In this document: piece by piece, positions 9,163 through 18,803 of the stretch
Layout of the letters: the number at the start of each line of letters is the position of its first letter
Position numbering within the stretch: the stretch's first letter is position 1
Virus genome (UHGV): UHGV-1837213
Direction: 5' to 3' (one strand)
Source of the DNA: a virus
DNA length: 27,443 nucleotides
Notes under the pieces: generated by a model
Databases searched by the model: none
Seen by the model: only the letters and a program-made list of their open reading frames with translations
What the model was told of the DNA's origin: nothing
Translations under genes and position numbers: made by a program

Positions 9163-10050
9163 TTACTTAAGTCCAATTTTCCCCAGACCGGAGGCCAACT
9201 TATCCATAGTCGACTTGTTCTTCGGTCGGGATATTGTGTAGGTCGATTTGGAATGTGAGCCTACACCCTGCTTGGCTTCGCTACGCATCAATGCGTCAGC
9301 TTCCGGATCTGCCCGCACAATGCGTTCAATCGCGGATTCAAACGGCAACGGCTTACCTTCACCGTCAACCAGAACAGCTCGTTCTTTATGACCTGCCGGT
9401 TTGTCATAACCCACTACGCTACCGTCTTCACCCACTTCAAAATGAGAACCGTAGATCACGCGGGCTTTTGCCGGGGTCATCAGAACTTTGTCACGTAGGA
9501 AGAGAGAGTTACTGAAGGAAGCGCCCACGGTCATCTCGACTAATTGAGATTTCAGTGATGCGTTTTCACTTTCCAGTGCTGTATAACGTTCGTCACGCTG
9601 TGCCAGCTCTGCCTGGTGTGCTTCGATCATCTGTTTTTTAACAGCATCGAACTCACCACGACGCTCCAGTTCAGCTTGCTCCGCCTCACGACGTGCATTT
9701 TCTGCGGCCTGTTCAGCTTCTAAAAGCTGGCGAGCACGCGCCGGGTCGATATCACCGTACTGAGCAAGCTGATCGGCCAATGTGCGCTCTTTCTCTTTGC
9801 GCTTCATGTTCTCCTTCAGCAGTTCAGCACCAGCTTTCTTGGTTTTACGAAGTTCGGCCAGTAACTCTTCCTGAGTCATGCCAGCGTATTCGTCATCGCC
9901 CTTCGGCTGCTCTTTTTGTTCACCCTGTTTGTCAGGATCTTGTGTGCTCTGCTCATTATCAGCAGCTACACCGCCAGCGCCTCCACGCTCATGCGCTTCA
10001 GCGACATCCATCAGACCACGACGGGCCAAAAGCATTTGCCACAGATTCAT
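9163..10050 (-). CDS. Capsid scaffolding protein, 295 aa
   Basis: Highly charged, helical, coiled-coil-like sequence (AELERRGEFDAVKKQMIEAHQAELAQRDERY) between the portal and major capsid genes. Confidence 0.7.
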   Translation of the reverse strand: MNLWQMLLARRGLMDVAEAHERGGAGGVAADNEQSTQDPDKQGEQKEQPKGDDEYAGMTQEELLAELRKTKKAGAELLKENMKRKEKERTLADQLAQYGDIDPARARQLLEAEQAAENARREAEQAELERRGEFDAVKKQMIEAHQAELAQRDERYTALESENASLKSQLVEMTVGASFSNSLFLRDKVLMTPAKARVIYGSHFEVGEDGSVVGYDKPAGHKERAVLVDGEGKPLPFESAIERIVRADPEADALMRSEAKQGVGSHSKSTYTISRPKNKSTMDKLASGLGKIGLK

Positions 10051-10071
10051 AAAAATTCCTTTTGTTACTTA

Positions 10072-11646
10072 TCACTCGTTCTCTTGAGTAGATGAGTCCC
10101 CATTCCCTCGGGGTTGATCTTGCCCGCTTTCTTGGGCTGCACCACGATCATAAGTAAGTACTGACTTATTTTCAAGGGTATTTAGATCATTTTTTGGCGG
10201 AAAATTCAAGAGATCTTTATCAAATTCCTTTTTCATCGCCTCAGTAATGTTCGGGAAAATCTTCTCAATAAGCATTTCCATCTGGTGACGACGTACAGAG
10301 TCCGGTGCCTGAAGTAATGACAGTTTCTCGGCAACAGAAAATTCATCAGTAAGGCCACGAATATCGAAACTTTCTGGATACGCAATTAAAGAGTGGTCTT
10401 CGTCCAGATCTACCCCCATCCATTTCGCAACCAGTAGCATGATTTGGCGTTCAGCCCTTTCCAGACGCTCTGCTTTTGTGACAAGCAAGCTATTTACACG
10501 CTGGAAGTCATACATTTTTGCGGCACCAGATGAATTATCGATTCCCTGTGCGTTGTCCTGCTTCGTTCGCTCACCAGCTACACCAACTGAATGGTAGATT
10601 TCGTTAATCACCGTCTTAATCGTAGTGATGATCATCTGAGCTTGTTTCGGGTCTGGTGACAGATAAAACGGCTGGTTTCCACCTTCAGAATCGTAGGTGA
10701 AGACTCGCTTTGTGCCCATTTCAAGCACTTTAGTGTGGTTTTCATCACCAGGTAAAAGCGACTGTACCGGTATAGCCAACTGGCTAAATGTCTGATCCTG
10801 AATAATGGCATCAAGGTTTGACAGATAGTTTGCAACCGCACGATCAAGATAAGCGATATCATCGATCAACGATGGGCTGAAATACGGTGATTCACTTTCT
10901 CCAATACAATCAACAGGAAACACAGGAACTACGCCGAGATTATGCTCACCGCTATCCTCTAAAATAACTTTTGCCTGACGGCGACCTGCTCCACCAGCGC
11001 CCTTCTTCACTTCCTCACGGAACAGATACCACTCGTTTTGTGTCCACAGACGATAACGTTGGTATTCCTGACCTGTAGAAGTAAAAGGATCTGCGTCATC
11101 ACGAGCGACTTCCACAATTAACGCCCACAACATATTCCCGTCGTCGTCCCATGCCACATCCAGCATTTGCTGAGGTGAAATCCAGTAGGCGTAGGCGCGA
11201 GCATCTTTCTTTTTCTCGTCAGCTACTGACTCAACATCACCACTCATCGTGCTATCGACAACAACCCATATGCGACCGTAAATAGACGACTGCAAATCAA
11301 TGGCGGCCATAAATGAGTCAATAGAGGCATTCTGGCGAGTCGCACGTTTCCAGAAATTGCGGATCTGCTCTGGTGCCTCTTCGATATTTCTATGAATGTC
11401 TTCTTTAAAGAGATATTTGTTGATGAGGTTTACCACCTCACGAGTGTGGTTGAAGCGATAGGCACGCTCAACACGCTCCTTAAACTCCTGATCTCCCTCT
11501 TTAAAGTAACGAAAGATATTGTCTGTAAACCAACCACGCCCGCCAGCGTAAGTGCTGGCGAGGAAGTCCCAATGTTCTTTTTTCTTTTCGTATTCCGGGT
11601 GGCGTCGCGCCACCAGATCCTTAATTTGTTTGTCGTTCAATTCCAT
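10072..11646 (-). CDS. Portal protein, 524 aa
   Basis: Large ORF immediately downstream of the large terminase, with an acidic C-terminal tail; conserved position. Confidence 0.8.
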   Translation of the reverse strand: MELNDKQIKDLVARRHPEYEKKKEHWDFLASTYAGGRGWFTDNIFRYFKEGDQEFKERVERAYRFNHTREVVNLINKYLFKEDIHRNIEEAPEQIRNFWKRATRQNASIDSFMAAIDLQSSIYGRIWVVVDSTMSGDVESVADEKKKDARAYAYWISPQQMLDVAWDDDGNMLWALIVEVARDDADPFTSTGQEYQRYRLWTQNEWYLFREEVKKGAGGAGRRQAKVILEDSGEHNLGVVPVFPVDCIGESESPYFSPSLIDDIAYLDRAVANYLSNLDAIIQDQTFSQLAIPVQSLLPGDENHTKVLEMGTKRVFTYDSEGGNQPFYLSPDPKQAQMIITTIKTVINEIYHSVGVAGERTKQDNAQGIDNSSGAAKMYDFQRVNSLLVTKAERLERAERQIMLLVAKWMGVDLDEDHSLIAYPESFDIRGLTDEFSVAEKLSLLQAPDSVRRHQMEMLIEKIFPNITEAMKKEFDKDLLNFPPKNDLNTLENKSVLTYDRGAAQESGQDQPRGNGDSSTQENE

Positions 11647-11672
11647 TTGAATAACCTTAGATAATTACTTAC

Positions 11673-12929
11673 CTATCGAGAACCACCAAGAATAACACGG
11701 TTTTTGACTGGATACCTACGATGTACTGGATAGCCCAATGCGTCTGCACTATGCTCAATGCCACCTGTCTTATCCATATCTCGTGTTCCAGGCTTGTAGA
11801 TGACTTTTTCCAGTGAATCAATCAAATGCTTGCACTTCGGATCGATATACAGCCGGATATCTCCAGATGCGGACATCAGCATTCGGTTAACAGCATTAAC
11901 ACGATCCGCAATTGGCGGGTGCTTTTTCGAATAATCGACACGTAAGAATCCCTTCTCTTTGAATATGTCTACGTCAGACTCCCCACGAGCATGTTGGCGA
12001 TAAGCACCTGCCGGATCTGGAAATACCGTTACCTGTGATTTCCAGCGCCAGAAGCGTCTCTCAAGCTCATCACAAACTTCTGCCGTGTTAGAGGAAAAGA
12101 GCACCAATTCATCAATTGCCCATAGCTCACCATTTGGCTGAGGTTGCAAAATTACGGAAGACATCGGGTCAATGTTGAAGTCCTGCCCTACCCATATAGG
12201 CAACCGAGGGTTGAACTGAAGCGGTTTTACATGCACGTTACGATCGAACGGGTAGTAAACGCGCCCGGACATGTTCTCAAAGCTCGCCAGGTACTCCTGA
12301 GCGAACGATTTCGGGTCCATATCGTTCTTAGCAGCTTCAATTTCCGCCGTAGGCACAAACGGAGAATCGGCAGTTACAAACTGCCAGCTCTTCCACTGTC
12401 CCTTTCTTTGCAGCTCTACGTTCTGGCCTATAGTCCACAGTTTGTGAAATTCCGAGAAGCCTTTTGGCGTACCAATGATCAGTGCACCGCCGCGTGTCGA
12501 TGAAAGAGTAGGTCGTAACACCTTGTACCAGGTGTCAGCCTTCATATCCTGAAATTCATCAAGCACTACAAAATGCAACGCTACGCCGCGCAGAGTGTCA
12601 GGCTTATCAGCACCTTTGAGGGCGATCTCCGAACCGTTCTTCAACACGATTGTCATCGTGGTGTCGTTCTTTTTCCTAACCCACTTACGAGGCAGAACTT
12701 CCTGTAGATCGTCCCACAAAATCTGGCGAGCCATCTGGTAAGTAGGAGCGACATACCAGACCCTTTGCTTTTTTTCCTTTGCCGCCGCACGAATAATAGT
12801 GGAGATCGACAACCGGGATTTTCCCCAGCGTCGACCAGCACAAACAACTTTAAATCGATGCGGAGACTGGAAGACTTTCATCTGTCCAGAATGCAGTTGC
12901 ACAAGACTGAGCGAGGACGGGATTGCCAT
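11673..12929 (-). CDS. Terminase large subunit, 418 aa
   Basis: N-terminal P-loop-like motif VVCAGRRWGKS; its start overlaps the small terminase stop (TGATG); followed by the portal gene. Confidence 0.85.
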   Translation of the reverse strand: MAIPSSLSLVQLHSGQMKVFQSPHRFKVVCAGRRWGKSRLSISTIIRAAAKEKKQRVWYVAPTYQMARQILWDDLQEVLPRKWVRKKNDTTMTIVLKNGSEIALKGADKPDTLRGVALHFVVLDEFQDMKADTWYKVLRPTLSSTRGGALIIGTPKGFSEFHKLWTIGQNVELQRKGQWKSWQFVTADSPFVPTAEIEAAKNDMDPKSFAQEYLASFENMSGRVYYPFDRNVHVKPLQFNPRLPIWVGQDFNIDPMSSVILQPQPNGELWAIDELVLFSSNTAEVCDELERRFWRWKSQVTVFPDPAGAYRQHARGESDVDIFKEKGFLRVDYSKKHPPIADRVNAVNRMLMSASGDIRLYIDPKCKHLIDSLEKVIYKPGTRDMDKTGGIEHSADALGYPVHRRYPVKNRVILGGSR

Positions 12930-13561
12930 TATTCGTCCTCCCCTTCACTTCCATCATCTGTCGCATCAAATTCGCTTAGAGCTTCTTCTTCCAACGTCTC
13001 AAGCAATTCGTCATCGATGATTTCAGGCTCGTCGTCTTCCTGACGTAATTTCGCCACCTGGGAAGGCGTAAGCTCACCAAATACCAGGTTCGGAATTTCT
13101 TCCTCGTCATTTTCCGCATGATCCATGCCCAATGCTTTGGACGAAACTTCAAAGCATTTTGCAAGGGTATTACTGGCTCTCTGTAAGCTCTTGAGAGAAT
13201 CCTCAATCGCCCCTAAAGGCTTACCCTCACGTTTGGCCGTAGTGACTTCGACCATCACCATCTGCCCCAACGCATACGCCCAGCCGTCATAACGTGTACG
13301 ACGTTCTTCTATCTTTTCCGCACGGGCTTTAGCGCGAAGCTCTGCGTCAGATTTAAGAGACTCACGAACCATCTTCCCAACAGAGTCCGCGCCTTTCTCT
13401 AATCCTCGCTTTTTGAAATGTCTGGAGAGTGTTTCACGACGAATGCCGTACTCTTCCTCCAGCTTTGAGAGTGTATATTCGCCTGACGTCCATTTGGCTT
13501 CAGCTTCGGCCCACTCCGCTGGTGTCAGGCGAGTTTTTACCTCGTCTTTTTCGACCGTCAT
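12929..13561 (-). CDS. Terminase small subunit (DNA-binding), 210 aa
   Basis: HTH-like N-terminal region and strongly acidic C-terminus; translationally coupled to the large terminase. Confidence 0.7.
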   Translation of the reverse strand: MTVEKDEVKTRLTPAEWAEAEAKWTSGEYTLSKLEEEYGIRRETLSRHFKKRGLEKGADSVGKMVRESLKSDAELRAKARAEKIEERRTRYDGWAYALGQMVMVEVTTAKREGKPLGAIEDSLKSLQRASNTLAKCFEVSSKALGMDHAENDEEEIPNLVFGELTPSQVAKLRQEDDEPEIIDDELLETLEEEALSEFDATDDGSEGEDE

Positions 13562-13631
13562 AGATCCCTCTAAAACACACAGAGCGCGTCCATGCGCTCT
13601 AAAACAACTTGTTTACTGCATCTGCTAACCA

Positions 13632-13662
13632 ACTTGTTTTCTGGGGTGTTTAATTAGGTCTG
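13632..13662 (-). promoter_or_regulatory. Copy of the conserved promoter/leader element upstream of the small terminase gene
   Basis: Minus-sense CCTAATTAAACACCCCAGAAAACAAGTTGGTT, similar to the elements upstream of the small acidic genes. Confidence 0.45.
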
Positions 13663-13673
13663 GCATGTCTTAC

Positions 13674-13736
13674 GAAGCCTGCTTCCGTATATATTTAATA
13701 AGTTACTTATTATTTATATATACAGAAGCAGGTCTT
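13674..13736. promoter_or_regulatory. Large nested inverted repeat upstream of the terminase genes
   Basis: Arms of about 18 bp (GCCTGCTTCCGTATATAT / ATATATACAGAAGCAGGT) flank a central palindrome ATAAGTTACTTAT. Confidence 0.5.
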
Positions 13737-13756
13737 TAAATAAGCTCCCAGACCGA

Positions 13757-14023
13757 TTACATCACCAGTAACTTCGCTTTGGCTCGACCTAAAGTAGTTA
13801 ACCCAAGAGTTCGGCGGTGATAGCGATTGTCACTGCGTTGGCGCGTATGCCCTTTCTCCACCAGCCCCTTTTTTATCAGAGCGCGAATTGAGAACTGGAT
13901 ACTTTGCTTGGTTGTCTTGTACGGCAAAACTTCAAGCAATTCGTCCAGGTCAAGTAGATGACCTCGCTCATAACCGAGATTGAGCGTTTTGATGATGTCC
14001 TTTTGTTTATCGGTTAACGTCAT
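13757..14023 (-). CDS. Small basic protein, possible winged-helix DNA-binding protein, 88 aa
   Basis: Last gene of the coupled operon. Basic C-terminus with HTH-like segment KQSIQFSIRALIKKGLVEKG. Confidence 0.5.
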   Translation of the reverse strand: MTLTDKQKDIIKTLNLGYERGHLLDLDELLEVLPYKTTKQSIQFSIRALIKKGLVEKGHTRQRSDNRYHRRTLGLTTLGRAKAKLLVM

Positions 14024-14032
14024 GGCAAATCC

Positions 14033-14923
14033 TTATGCCGGTAAAGCAATTTCTAACGGTTTATCCAAAGGTTGTTTGTCGAATGCCAGCAGTGGCAGCG
14101 TGTCAGGCAGTCGACGACCAAAGTCAGGGTTTCGATACACACCATACAACGGAGACGTAAAGCTCAGGTTGTGAATGTCCTTGAGCAGCTTCACAATGCT
14201 GGCCTCGTCCACCAGACTGTCGGCAATGTCCTGAATCGTCGTGCCACGATTCCGCCCAGCTTTTGCCAGGGAACTGTTCTTGTGGTAGTCCGCCACCAGA
14301 TCACGCAGTGCACGGCGACGACGAGACTCGCTCATAGCGAACAACTCTTTGACGATCGCCTCGTTATCACCCGGGTCGGAGCGGAAATGGCGCTGGAACA
14401 CACGCAGTGCACTTTCATAGCTCTTCGGTCGCTCAGGGCGGATGAACTTAAACCCTGCTTTCATGGCGAAGGGATTGTATTTGCTCATCGATGACTGGAT
14501 CTCAATGATTGGCCGGTCATGCATCCTGCTAACCAGGTTAATCATTCGATAAGAGACGCCTACGCCACGATACTGAGTATCCACAACTGAGCGACTGATC
14601 ACCGCAAAGTTGTTATTCACGTACCGGCCCCAGTACTGGTTAGCCACGGTGGTATTGGTGGTTGGTTTCAACTTAGGAAACATGCGATGGCGAGGTGCCA
14701 GCAGAAGTTTCGGGTAAGCCATAACCACGACGCCCACCAGACGGTCATCAAGTTCGCAGCGATAGTAAGTTGGCGCGAAAGGTTTGCCGTCTGTTTTGTA
14801 GTGAAGCGACTTAAGAGCGTGCCAGTCCTCTACAGTTCCCTTTGTGACAGTCATTCGCTCCAGAAAGTCCAGATGACGCGGAAACTCTTCAGGGCGGTAG
14901 CGTTTGATGATGATATCTGCCAT
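14033..14923 (-). CDS. GNAT-like acyltransferase-fold protein (ORF track 14033..14932; ATG at 14923)
   Basis: Motif VDTQYRGVGVSYRMIN resembles GNAT motif A (Q/R-x-x-G-x-G/A) preceded by a hydrophobic strand VVVMAY. Start coupled to the upstream stop, with AGGTGA RBS. Fold assignment is by eye only. Confidence 0.55.
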   Translation of the reverse strand: MADIIIKRYRPEEFPRHLDFLERMTVTKGTVEDWHALKSLHYKTDGKPFAPTYYRCELDDRLVGVVVMAYPKLLLAPRHRMFPKLKPTTNTTVANQYWGRYVNNNFAVISRSVVDTQYRGVGVSYRMINLVSRMHDRPIIEIQSSMSKYNPFAMKAGFKFIRPERPKSYESALRVFQRHFRSDPGDNEAIVKELFAMSESRRRRALRDLVADYHKNSSLAKAGRNRGTTIQDIADSLVDEASIVKLLKDIHNLSFTSPLYGVYRNPDFGRRLPDTLPLLAFDKQPLDKPLEIALPA

Positions 14924-14928
14924 GTCGA

Positions 14929-15183
14929 TCACCTGCGCTCGATATTGGCATTGATGAAATCCAGGCGAAGAGACTCCATCGCCCCTACCATGACATACGG
15001 GCGCCCGCCGTTATGCCAGCAATCAAGAACACTACCGTCGTTGTTGATCATCAACAGCGCCAGGCTCTGGCTTTTTCCTTCTCTGGCGTGCTGAAGTGCT
15101 TCTTCCAGCAGGCGGATGACTTCCACGTTGTTGTTATCAGTCTCTTTCGATGGCTTCAGCTCTACGATCTTCAAATCAGGCAT
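14929..15183 (-). CDS. Hypothetical small protein, 84 aa
   Basis: ORF overlapping both neighbours within the operon. Confidence 0.5.
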   Translation of the reverse strand: MPDLKIVELKPSKETDNNNVEVIRLLEEALQHAREGKSQSLALLMINNDGSVLDCWHNGGRPYVMVGAMESLRLDFINANIERR

Positions 15184-15814
15184 ATTCCACCTTCACGCGT
15201 TCTTTGTAGTGCTTGGTGATCTGCATATCCGGGCGCAGCGCGTTCTTCAGGTCTTCGTGAGTCGTCGCCACCATTACCGTCGCACCAACCTTTCGAGCGG
15301 CACGCTGGAGGTTAGACGCCACAACCTGAGCGGTTACACGGTCTAGAACAGCGCCGAACTCGTCAGCAGCCCATACTTTAGCGCCTGACTCAATCAGTTT
15401 GGCAATCTTGAGACGATATTTCTGGCCGTCTGACATTTCAGAAGGCTTGCGAACAAACAGATATGCATCGTTCAGACCAGCCATAGATAACAACCCAAGC
15501 GCATCACTGGTCGTTTTGCCCAACTGATCGATGACGTTAACCTCATTATCGAAGGTAAAATCATCGATGGAGGCTACAGACAGCCCTTCATCCTTCATCT
15601 GTCGTTGCAACTCGCGCAGCACAACGGATTTGCCGGAACCGGATTGGCCGGTGATGTACACCACATCGCCCTGCTTCACTTCCAGCTCCAGATTGTCGTA
15701 AAGCGTCCACTCTTTTTCGTCCAGGCCAAGCCCGAACGACTCAGCGATTTCCAACGTGCGCGTGGTTTTATTTACGCGTGTCTGAAACGATACGTTGATG
15801 ATGTATTTGCTCAT
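15176..15814 (-). CDS. Soluble ABC-type ATPase, 212 aa
   Basis: Walker A GQSGSGKS, signature-like SDGQKYRL, Walker B VWAADEF, H-loop TTHED. No transmembrane domain. Start overlaps the upstream stop (ATGA). Confidence 0.8.
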   Translation of the reverse strand: MSKYIINVSFQTRVNKTTRTLEIAESFGLGLDEKEWTLYDNLELEVKQGDVVYITGQSGSGKSVVLRELQRQMKDEGLSVASIDDFTFDNEVNVIDQLGKTTSDALGLLSMAGLNDAYLFVRKPSEMSDGQKYRLKIAKLIESGAKVWAADEFGAVLDRVTAQVVASNLQRAARKVGATVMVATTHEDLKNALRPDMQITKHYKERVKVEYA

Positions 15815-16479
15815 GCAGCCATCTCCCCGGAAGAGATCTTCTCCGCATATGCCACAAATGCGTCTACCCCGCTTTCTCCCGTCATTTCTTCCATATGGGC
15901 AAGCAAATCACCAACAACAATGGCAGAGCCAGCAGGGAGCGTTTTAAAGCCCAATACGTCGACAACACGTACTTCTTCCGCTGCAACTTCACGACTGATC
16001 TCGGTGTGTTCATCCTTCTGTCGTTTAGTTTCTTCGCCAAGATCGATAACTAGCGAGTCGGTGTCCATTTCTTCTGTCATACTGCCAACGAGAACATTCA
16101 ACTCACGCTCTTCGAAGCCGAAAACCTCGATATCGTCCAGAACAAGCGACTCAAGCTCTTTCTGTAGCTTAATTGCATCGTAATCAATGCTGGCAAGTCG
16201 GTTATCTTCAAGGCGCTTTGCACGTACCTCGTCATCACTCAGATCATCACGAACAATAACCGGTACGCGCTCAAGTCCAGCAAAAATTGCAGCCTCACGG
16301 CGGCCGTGGCCAGTAATAATTACGTCGTTCTTATCGACCGTAATTGGCTGGTCAAATCCGCGCTTTTTAATGGCTGCGGCCAGATCTCTGATCTGCTGTT
16401 CATCATGCTTTTTGGCATTCATCTCATAGGGAATAAGATCTGCCGGGTCGCGATATACGATTTCAAACTTTTTGGTCAT
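15811..16479 (-). CDS. ParB-like nuclease domain protein, paralog 2 (ORF track 15811..16512; ATG at 16479)
   Basis: ParB/sulfiredoxin-type motif ITGHGRREAA; acidic C-terminal half. The start overlaps the upstream stop (TAATG) and is preceded by an AAGGAG RBS. Confidence 0.75.
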   Translation of the reverse strand: MTKKFEIVYRDPADLIPYEMNAKKHDEQQIRDLAAAIKKRGFDQPITVDKNDVIITGHGRREAAIFAGLERVPVIVRDDLSDDEVRAKRLEDNRLASIDYDAIKLQKELESLVLDDIEVFGFEERELNVLVGSMTEEMDTDSLVIDLGEETKRQKDEHTEISREVAAEEVRVVDVLGFKTLPAGSAIVVGDLLAHMEEMTGESGVDAFVAYAEKISSGEMAA

Positions 16480-17159
16480 TACATACGCTCCTTGTAGTAG
16501 TCGACCAGCCACACCAGAGCCTCACCAGCGTTCTCCATTTCATTACCGGTGTTAATAGCCTGCTCTTTGATGATGTTTTTTATGGTTTCTGCAACACGAT
16601 CTGACGCATCGAAAGTTACTTTGAAGCGCATGGTCTGATGTTCCGCACCCACACGTTCGGTTTTCTCTCGTTTGTCGGTATCGACAGGCTCATCACTACC
16701 ACGAGACAACGCCTCCAGTGCTTCAAGGTCGATTGCCGCCTCTTTTGCTAAAACCATCGAGATTTCGTCGTCATACGGAGCGATTTCAGACAGTTGATAG
16801 TCAAGTTCTGACTGAATTTCTTCAATGAAGCGTTGCAATGCGATTTGGTCGTCTTCACCGTATCGCTCGTTGTCCACCAGTGACATCTGTTTAGCTACGA
16901 CATCGCTAATTTTGCCCACAGAAAGCACCGGAACCGTTGAAATTCCTTGCTCAATAGCAGCACGCCAGCGATGTTCACCGCCGAGGATTTCAAAAAATCC
17001 ATCTTCAAGTTCACGAGCCAAAATTGGCTTAAAAAAGCCCAATTTTTCGATAGAACCTTTCAGTTTTTCAAAATTCTGCGCACCAACCGAATTGGTGTTC
17101 CAGGTATTCGGGCGAAGGTTGGCAACATCAACCTGCAAAATCGTGATTTTTACATCCAT
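16479..17159 (-). CDS. ParB-like nuclease domain protein, paralog 1 (ORF track 16479..17177)
   Basis: Motifs LRPNTWNTN and ILGGEHRWRAA are typical of ParB N-terminal domains. First gene of the operon, divergent from the helicase gene. Confidence 0.75.
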   Translation of the reverse strand: MDVKITILQVDVANLRPNTWNTNSVGAQNFEKLKGSIEKLGFFKPILARELEDGFFEILGGEHRWRAAIEQGISTVPVLSVGKISDVVAKQMSLVDNERYGEDDQIALQRFIEEIQSELDYQLSEIAPYDDEISMVLAKEAAIDLEALEALSRGSDEPVDTDKREKTERVGAEHQTMRFKVTFDASDRVAETIKNIIKEQAINTGNEMENAGEALVWLVDYYKERM

Positions 17160-17177
17160 TTTATTGCTACAATCCAC

Positions 17178-17195
17178 TAAGTAATCACTTACTTA
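17178..17195. promoter_or_regulatory. Palindrome TAAGTAATCACTTACTTA in the divergent promoter region
   Basis: Inverted repeat AAGTAA-TCAC-TTACTT lies just upstream of a perfect TATAAT (about 17197-17202) for the plus-strand helicase gene. Similar TAAGTA/TACTTA palindromes recur elsewhere. Confidence 0.45.
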
Positions 17196-17241
17196 TTATA
17201 ATAGCCAAATAACATACAAAAGGCACTAAGGAAAGAGGTTT

Positions 17242-18801
17242 ATGACTGTTCGGATTGTATCTAACGCAGTAAATGCGCTTATTTCTGGCGCAGATGACAA
17301 GGTAAAGCAACTGGTGCAGCAAATGTTGAGCTACGAAGTCGAGACTGGCGACTGGAAGGGCACAAGCACGATGTTCAACTGGAGTAAAAACTCGTTCCCT
17401 GCTGGCTTTGCCAAGCCTGTAGCGGCGAACTTGAACAAGGCGGGCATCAAATGTGTTCATATCCGCAAACACAAAGCCCCGGCGCTTGGTAAACCAAATC
17501 CGGCGGTTAACCCATTCCCATACAATCCTGATTATGCGTATCAGGATCAGACTGTGGAAACACTGGTTCGAGAGGGAATGATGATTGCGCAGATCGCTAC
17601 TGGTGGCGGGAAATCTAACGTTGCCTGCAAAGCAGCTGCACGTATCGGTCGAATGACATTATTTTTAACAACCCGCTCTGTTCTGATGTTTCAAATGGCC
17701 GAAAACTTCCAGAGATCCATCGACTACCGCGCCGAAAATGGCGAACCGTGGTTAAAGGGCCAAAAGGTTGGAGTCATTGGCTCGGGTGAGTTCCAGGTAT
17801 CACGACATATCAACGTCGCTACAGTTCAAACTCTGGCAAGTTTCCTTGAAGAACCACCACGCGATGCAACACCAGATAAAAAGAGCTACCACCTCAAACG
17901 TCGGGAGCTAGTGAAACGCTTCCTTTCAAGTGTGTCTCTGCTTATTCTGGAAGAAGCGCATGAGTCTTCAGGCTCTAATTTCTATGACATTGCCAGATTA
18001 TGTGTGAACGCAGACTATCGTCTGGCGCTTACAGCCACGCCGTTCATGAAGGATTCGACGGAAGCCAACATGCGCCTGATGGCGGTGGCCGGGCGAATTG
18101 AAATTAAAGTCACAGAAAAGTATCTGATTGATCGAGGCATTCTGGCAAAGCCGTACTTCCTTTATCATAAAGTTGCCTACAAGCCAGACGAGGCCAGAAT
18201 CAAGGCCGAACTTGCCAACAAACACCTCAATTTTAGAGTTGGTATGAGCACCGCCTACCAAAAGGCTTATCAGTTGGGGATCGTGTATAATTTGGGACGT
18301 AACGAGGCCATAGTGCGCGAGGCATTGCTTTATAAGCAACATTCACTCAACTGCATGACTCTGGTTCGTCTTAAACGCCACGGGCAAATCCTGATGGAGA
18401 TGATGAAGGAGTCAGGTCTTAAAGTTGATTTCATCTATGGGGAATCTAACCAGACGACAAGGCAAGCAAAGCTGAATAGTTTAGCGTCTGGTGAAATAGA
18501 TGTTTTAATAGGCTCGACTATTCTGGATGTTGGTGTTGATGTGCCAAGCGTTGGTGCGGTCATTCTTGCTGGTGGTGGGAAAGCAGAAGTTGAAATGAGA
18601 CAGCGTGTCGGTCGTGGCTTACGAGCCAAAAAAAATCAGGCAAACGTGTGTTTTATCACTGATTTCATTGACATTAGCAACAAATACCTGTTGTCTCACT
18701 CTTATGAGCGAAAACACATCATCGACACCACACCTGGCTTTGCAGAAGGTGTATTGCCTATTGATGGAGCATTCGATTTTGGAGTTCTGAAACGAGATTA
18801 G
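17242..18801 (+). CDS. Superfamily 2 (DEAD/DEAH-box-like) helicase, 519 aa
   Basis: Motif I ATGGGKS, motif II LILEEAHES, motif III LALTATPF, motif VI QRVGRGLR. RBS AAGGAAAGAGG. N-terminal domain of about 110 aa of unknown function. Confidence 0.85.
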   Translation: MTVRIVSNAVNALISGADDKVKQLVQQMLSYEVETGDWKGTSTMFNWSKNSFPAGFAKPVAANLNKAGIKCVHIRKHKAPALGKPNPAVNPFPYNPDYAYQDQTVETLVREGMMIAQIATGGGKSNVACKAAARIGRMTLFLTTRSVLMFQMAENFQRSIDYRAENGEPWLKGQKVGVIGSGEFQVSRHINVATVQTLASFLEEPPRDATPDKKSYHLKRRELVKRFLSSVSLLILEEAHESSGSNFYDIARLCVNADYRLALTATPFMKDSTEANMRLMAVAGRIEIKVTEKYLIDRGILAKPYFLYHKVAYKPDEARIKAELANKHLNFRVGMSTAYQKAYQLGIVYNLGRNEAIVREALLYKQHSLNCMTLVRLKRHGQILMEMMKESGLKVDFIYGESNQTTRQAKLNSLASGEIDVLIGSTILDVGVDVPSVGAVILAGGGKAEVEMRQRVGRGLRAKKNQANVCFITDFIDISNKYLLSHSYERKHIIDTTPGFAEGVLPIDGAFDFGVLKRD

Positions 18802-18803
18802 TT

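Noticed and set aside
17242-18801. Helicase as part of a restriction or defence system (type III res-like)
   Set aside because: No adjacent methyltransferase or nuclease partner on the same strand; context with early genes fits a replication or recombination helicase better. Left as a plain SF2 helicase call.
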